Made by a program: the position numbers and the translations under genes
Assembly (NCBI GenBank): GCA_026987085.1
Contig: JALSNH010000145.1
Coordinates: forward strand, 1 to 36,477
DNA length: 36,477 nucleotides
Direction of reading: 5' to 3'
Source of the DNA: Aquificota bacterium
GTDB lineage: Bacteria; Aquificota; Aquificia; Aquificales; QOAS01
Shown: positions 34,283-36,477 of the stretch, one piece after another
How positions within the stretch are numbered: the stretch's first letter is position 1
How the letters are laid out: each line of letters opens with the position of its first letter
Notes under the pieces: model-generated
What the model saw: the letters and a program-made list of their open reading frames with translations, nothing else
Databases searched by the model: none
What the model was told of the DNA's origin: nothing

Positions 34283-34337
34283 GTAAACTGTCTTGCGCTA
34301 AAGCGCGAGGCTTTGGGTGTTTTAATCTTATTAATAG
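34283..34337 (-). repeat. IS200/IS605-end-like intergenic repeat, copy 3
   Basis: Minus strand AAAGCCTCGCGC-TTTA-GCGCAAGACAGTTTAC hairpin; shares GCGAGGCTTyGGGTG with copy 2. Confidence 0.68.
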
Positions 34338-34348
34338 ATATGGAGGTT

Positions 34349-35599
34349 TTAGCGCTCCATCTTTTTATAAAGATTTTTTAAAAATTCTTCAGCTTCCTCC
34401 TTGTTTTTAACTTTACCCTCCAACTGTTTTAAAACAAGTTCCTCCAAAAGTTGACCTATAAGTGGAGAAGGTTTCAACTTCAAAAGTTGCATAATTTCCC
34501 TTCCATCTAACAAAGGTTTCCTATTGGGAATAAACCTTTTAAGGTAAAAATCGACCAACTTTTGAACCTTCAAAGGGTTTTCTACATAACCTATAACCGC
34601 TATAGGGTAGATACACTTTTCGAACCCTTTTAGGTATCGGTATATATCAGCTACACTTTGCAAGTTTAGATTTTTCAAAGACTTTAAACCTTCTTTGGTT
34701 AAGCTTACGCACTTTTCAAAGTCTTTTCCAAAAGGGTATTTATTTACAAGCTCCTCTTCAACGGGAACGATGGTAAAAAAAGCTATCCACTTTAAGGCCG
34801 CCTCTTCATCAAATTCACCCAAGTAGGATTTTCTCCTTTTTAGAAAACTAAATTTGGAAATGTTTTTTTCAATTTCCTTTAATAGGTCTAAAAATCGGTT
34901 GAAATTTTCCTCCGAAAGTTTTCCGAAAAGAGTTTTTAAAACAGAATCGCTATAAATTTGCTCAAAAAATTTGTAGCTATTTGGGTACTTTACCGCCTTA
35001 AACAGCTCCACTGCAACCCTTTCGGGTGCAACATCTTTAAGTTTTTCTTTATGTTTTTTAATAAATTCCCGCGTAGCGGGCTCTATTTTGAAATTTAGCT
35101 GTTGGACAAAACGGTAAGCCCTAAGCATTCGCAACGGGTCTTTTAAAAGATTTTCCGATTTTACCGCTCTTATTAGGCCTTTTTTTAAATCTTTGAGACC
35201 TCCAAAGTAATCGATAACTTTAAAATTTCCTTGAACAAAATTCTTTAAAGGAATGGCCAAAGCGTTTATTGTAAAATCCCTCTCCGCAAGGTCCTCTTTT
35301 AAATCTTTAAACTGCGAGAGGTCTATTCGAATTTTCCTTCCTTTAAAAGGGGCTATTACAGTATAAACCTTTTCCCTTAGAGGGAGATTTTCTTTTTCAA
35401 AACCGAAATAGGTGCCTTTTAATTCCTCCGCCAACTTTTGGGCTAATTCCTTTGGATTTTTATCCGCTATAAGGTCGATATCGTAATTTTTCCTTTTTAG
35501 GAGGTAATCTCTTACGAAACCACCAACGAGGTAGGTTTTTGTATTTTTTAAAATCTCCTTTAGTTTTCTTAGCAATTCTTCCATAAAAGGCCTAACCAT
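34349..35599 (-). CDS. Class II tRNA nucleotidyltransferase, probably CC-adding type
   Basis: LVGGFVRD, DID, EDLAERDFTINA, DPLRMLRAYRF, ERV..EL, LLDGREIM. The flexible loop before motif B is missing. Alternative start at 35584. Confidence 0.88.
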   Translation of the reverse strand: MVRPFMEELLRKLKEILKNTKTYLVGGFVRDYLLKRKNYDIDLIADKNPKELAQKLAEELKGTYFGFEKENLPLREKVYTVIAPFKGRKIRIDLSQFKDLKEDLAERDFTINALAIPLKNFVQGNFKVIDYFGGLKDLKKGLIRAVKSENLLKDPLRMLRAYRFVQQLNFKIEPATREFIKKHKEKLKDVAPERVAVELFKAVKYPNSYKFFEQIYSDSVLKTLFGKLSEENFNRFLDLLKEIEKNISKFSFLKRRKSYLGEFDEEAALKWIAFFTIVPVEEELVNKYPFGKDFEKCVSLTKEGLKSLKNLNLQSVADIYRYLKGFEKCIYPIAVIGYVENPLKVQKLVDFYLKRFIPNRKPLLDGREIMQLLKLKPSPLIGQLLEELVLKQLEGKVKNKEEAEEFLKNLYKKMER

Positions 35600-35664
35600 T
35601 AAGTTTAATGGGGGGTTTTTTAAAGAATTAGGTAAGTTTCTACTTAACTATTATTCTCTAATAA

Positions 35665-36348
35665 ATGCCCTACATTGTAGCGTTGGTTGAAGATGACCCT
35701 GACTTGCTCGATATTCTTACTTACAACCTTGAAAAGGAAGGTTATAAGGTTTTTCCCTTTGAAAGGGGGGAGCAATTTTTAGAACTCCTAACGAGGGATG
35801 TGAAACCCAACTTGATAGTTCTTGATGTTATGTTGCCTGGAAAATTGGACGGTTTTAAAATTGCTGAAATTATTAAAAACAATGAAGCTTACAGAGATAT
35901 ACCTATCGTTTTTCTAACTGCCAAAGGTCTCGAAGAGGATAAACTAAAAGGCTTTGAACTTGGAGCGGACGATTATATACCTAAGCCTTTTTCGGTGAGA
36001 GAATTTTTAGCCCGTATAAGGGCAATTTTAAGGCGTTATTATCCCGAACCTAAAAAGGTTTTGAAAGTAGGAGACCTTATTTTGGACCCGGAAAAGTTTG
36101 AAGTCCTTTGTAAGGACAAAAAAATAGAACTCACAAGGGCGGAGTTTAAAGTTCTCCAAACTTTGATGGAAAATGTAAATGCAACCGTTAGACGGTCCAC
36201 CTTAATGGACGCTCTGGCACCTTTTGGGAAAGAGAGCCAATCAAGAACTGTGGACGTTCACATAACCAAAATAAGAAAAAAACTCGAAGAGTGTGGATCA
36301 TATATAAAGACCGTTCGGGGTGTTGGATATAAGATAGAAGTCCCATAG
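35665..36348 (+). CDS. OmpR/PhoB-family response regulator
   Basis: VEDD, LDVMLP, FLTAK, GADDYIPKPF, RTVDVHI..IRKK, TVRGVGY. Confidence 0.95.
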   Translation: MPYIVALVEDDPDLLDILTYNLEKEGYKVFPFERGEQFLELLTRDVKPNLIVLDVMLPGKLDGFKIAEIIKNNEAYRDIPIVFLTAKGLEEDKLKGFELGADDYIPKPFSVREFLARIRAILRRYYPEPKKVLKVGDLILDPEKFEVLCKDKKIELTRAEFKVLQTLMENVNATVRRSTLMDALAPFGKESQSRTVDVHITKIRKKLEECGSYIKTVRGVGYKIEVP

Positions 36349-36409
36349 AAGTTTTTAGCTTTTTAATACCTTCCAACAAAAGGTTCTATTTCACAATATT
36401 AACACCACT

Positions 36410-36477
36410 ATGGATATGGAAAAAATTCTCAACCAACTCGTTCCTATAGTGGTAGAACAAACCCCAAGGGGTGAAAG
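36410..36477 (+). CDS. clpP: ATP-dependent Clp protease proteolytic subunit, 5' end (runs off window)
   Basis: MDMEKILNQLVPIVVEQTPRGE matches the ClpP N-terminal LVP.VVEQT.RGER motif. Confidence 0.85.
   Translation, partial: MDMEKILNQLVPIVVEQTPRGE

Noticed and set aside
14048..35599. Apparent enrichment of RNA-modification genes (rlmI, trmB, truD, rlmD, dus, CC-adding enzyme, RtcA-like) as a dedicated cluster
   Set aside because: They are scattered on both strands among unrelated genes, as expected in a small shuffled genome.
1..36477. CRISPR array, tRNA or rRNA genes
   Set aside because: I saw no regularly spaced direct repeats, cloverleaf/T-loop signatures or rRNA-like stretches; intergenic gaps are short. 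tRNAscan-SE and Rfam scans would be needed to be definitive.

Overview
A compact, AT-rich bacterial chromosome segment, most likely from a thermophilic Aquificota member. This is inferred from an Aquifex-type stand-alone RibD2 reductase, a loop-deleted CC-adding enzyme, a long TrmB, a PycA-type biotin carboxylase, a Thermovibrio/Persephonella-like alpha-carbonic anhydrase and scattered dnaN/ftsI. About 36 CDSs are present, mostly housekeeping: nfnA/nfnB-like pair, alr, aminotransferase, bcp, rpsO, metG, ftsI, dnaN, acyP, rlmI, trmB, hup, truD, htpX, rpsT, pycA, rlmD, rpoD, moaCB, dus, a PhoB-like regulator and the start of clpP. I recognised no rRNA, tRNA or CRISPR array. Main oddities: (1) a full-length RtcA-fold protein that has lost essentially all cyclase catalytic residues (Rcl1-like pseudoenzyme candidate); (2) an MNT-HEPN pair inside the nfnAB-like operon, with His>Cys in the HEPN RxxxxH motif; (3) an AT-rich islet (DUF4878-like lipoprotein plus permuted NlpC/P60 enzyme) followed by a fragmented tnpB whose omega-RNA/right-end hairpins are still intact; (4) at least three copies of a ~60-bp IS200/IS605-end-like intergenic repeat; (5) a strong in-frame internal RBS+ATG in metG that could yield a free Trbp111-like protein; (6) bimodal translation-initiation signals. 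All family assignments come from motif recognition by eye, not database searches.
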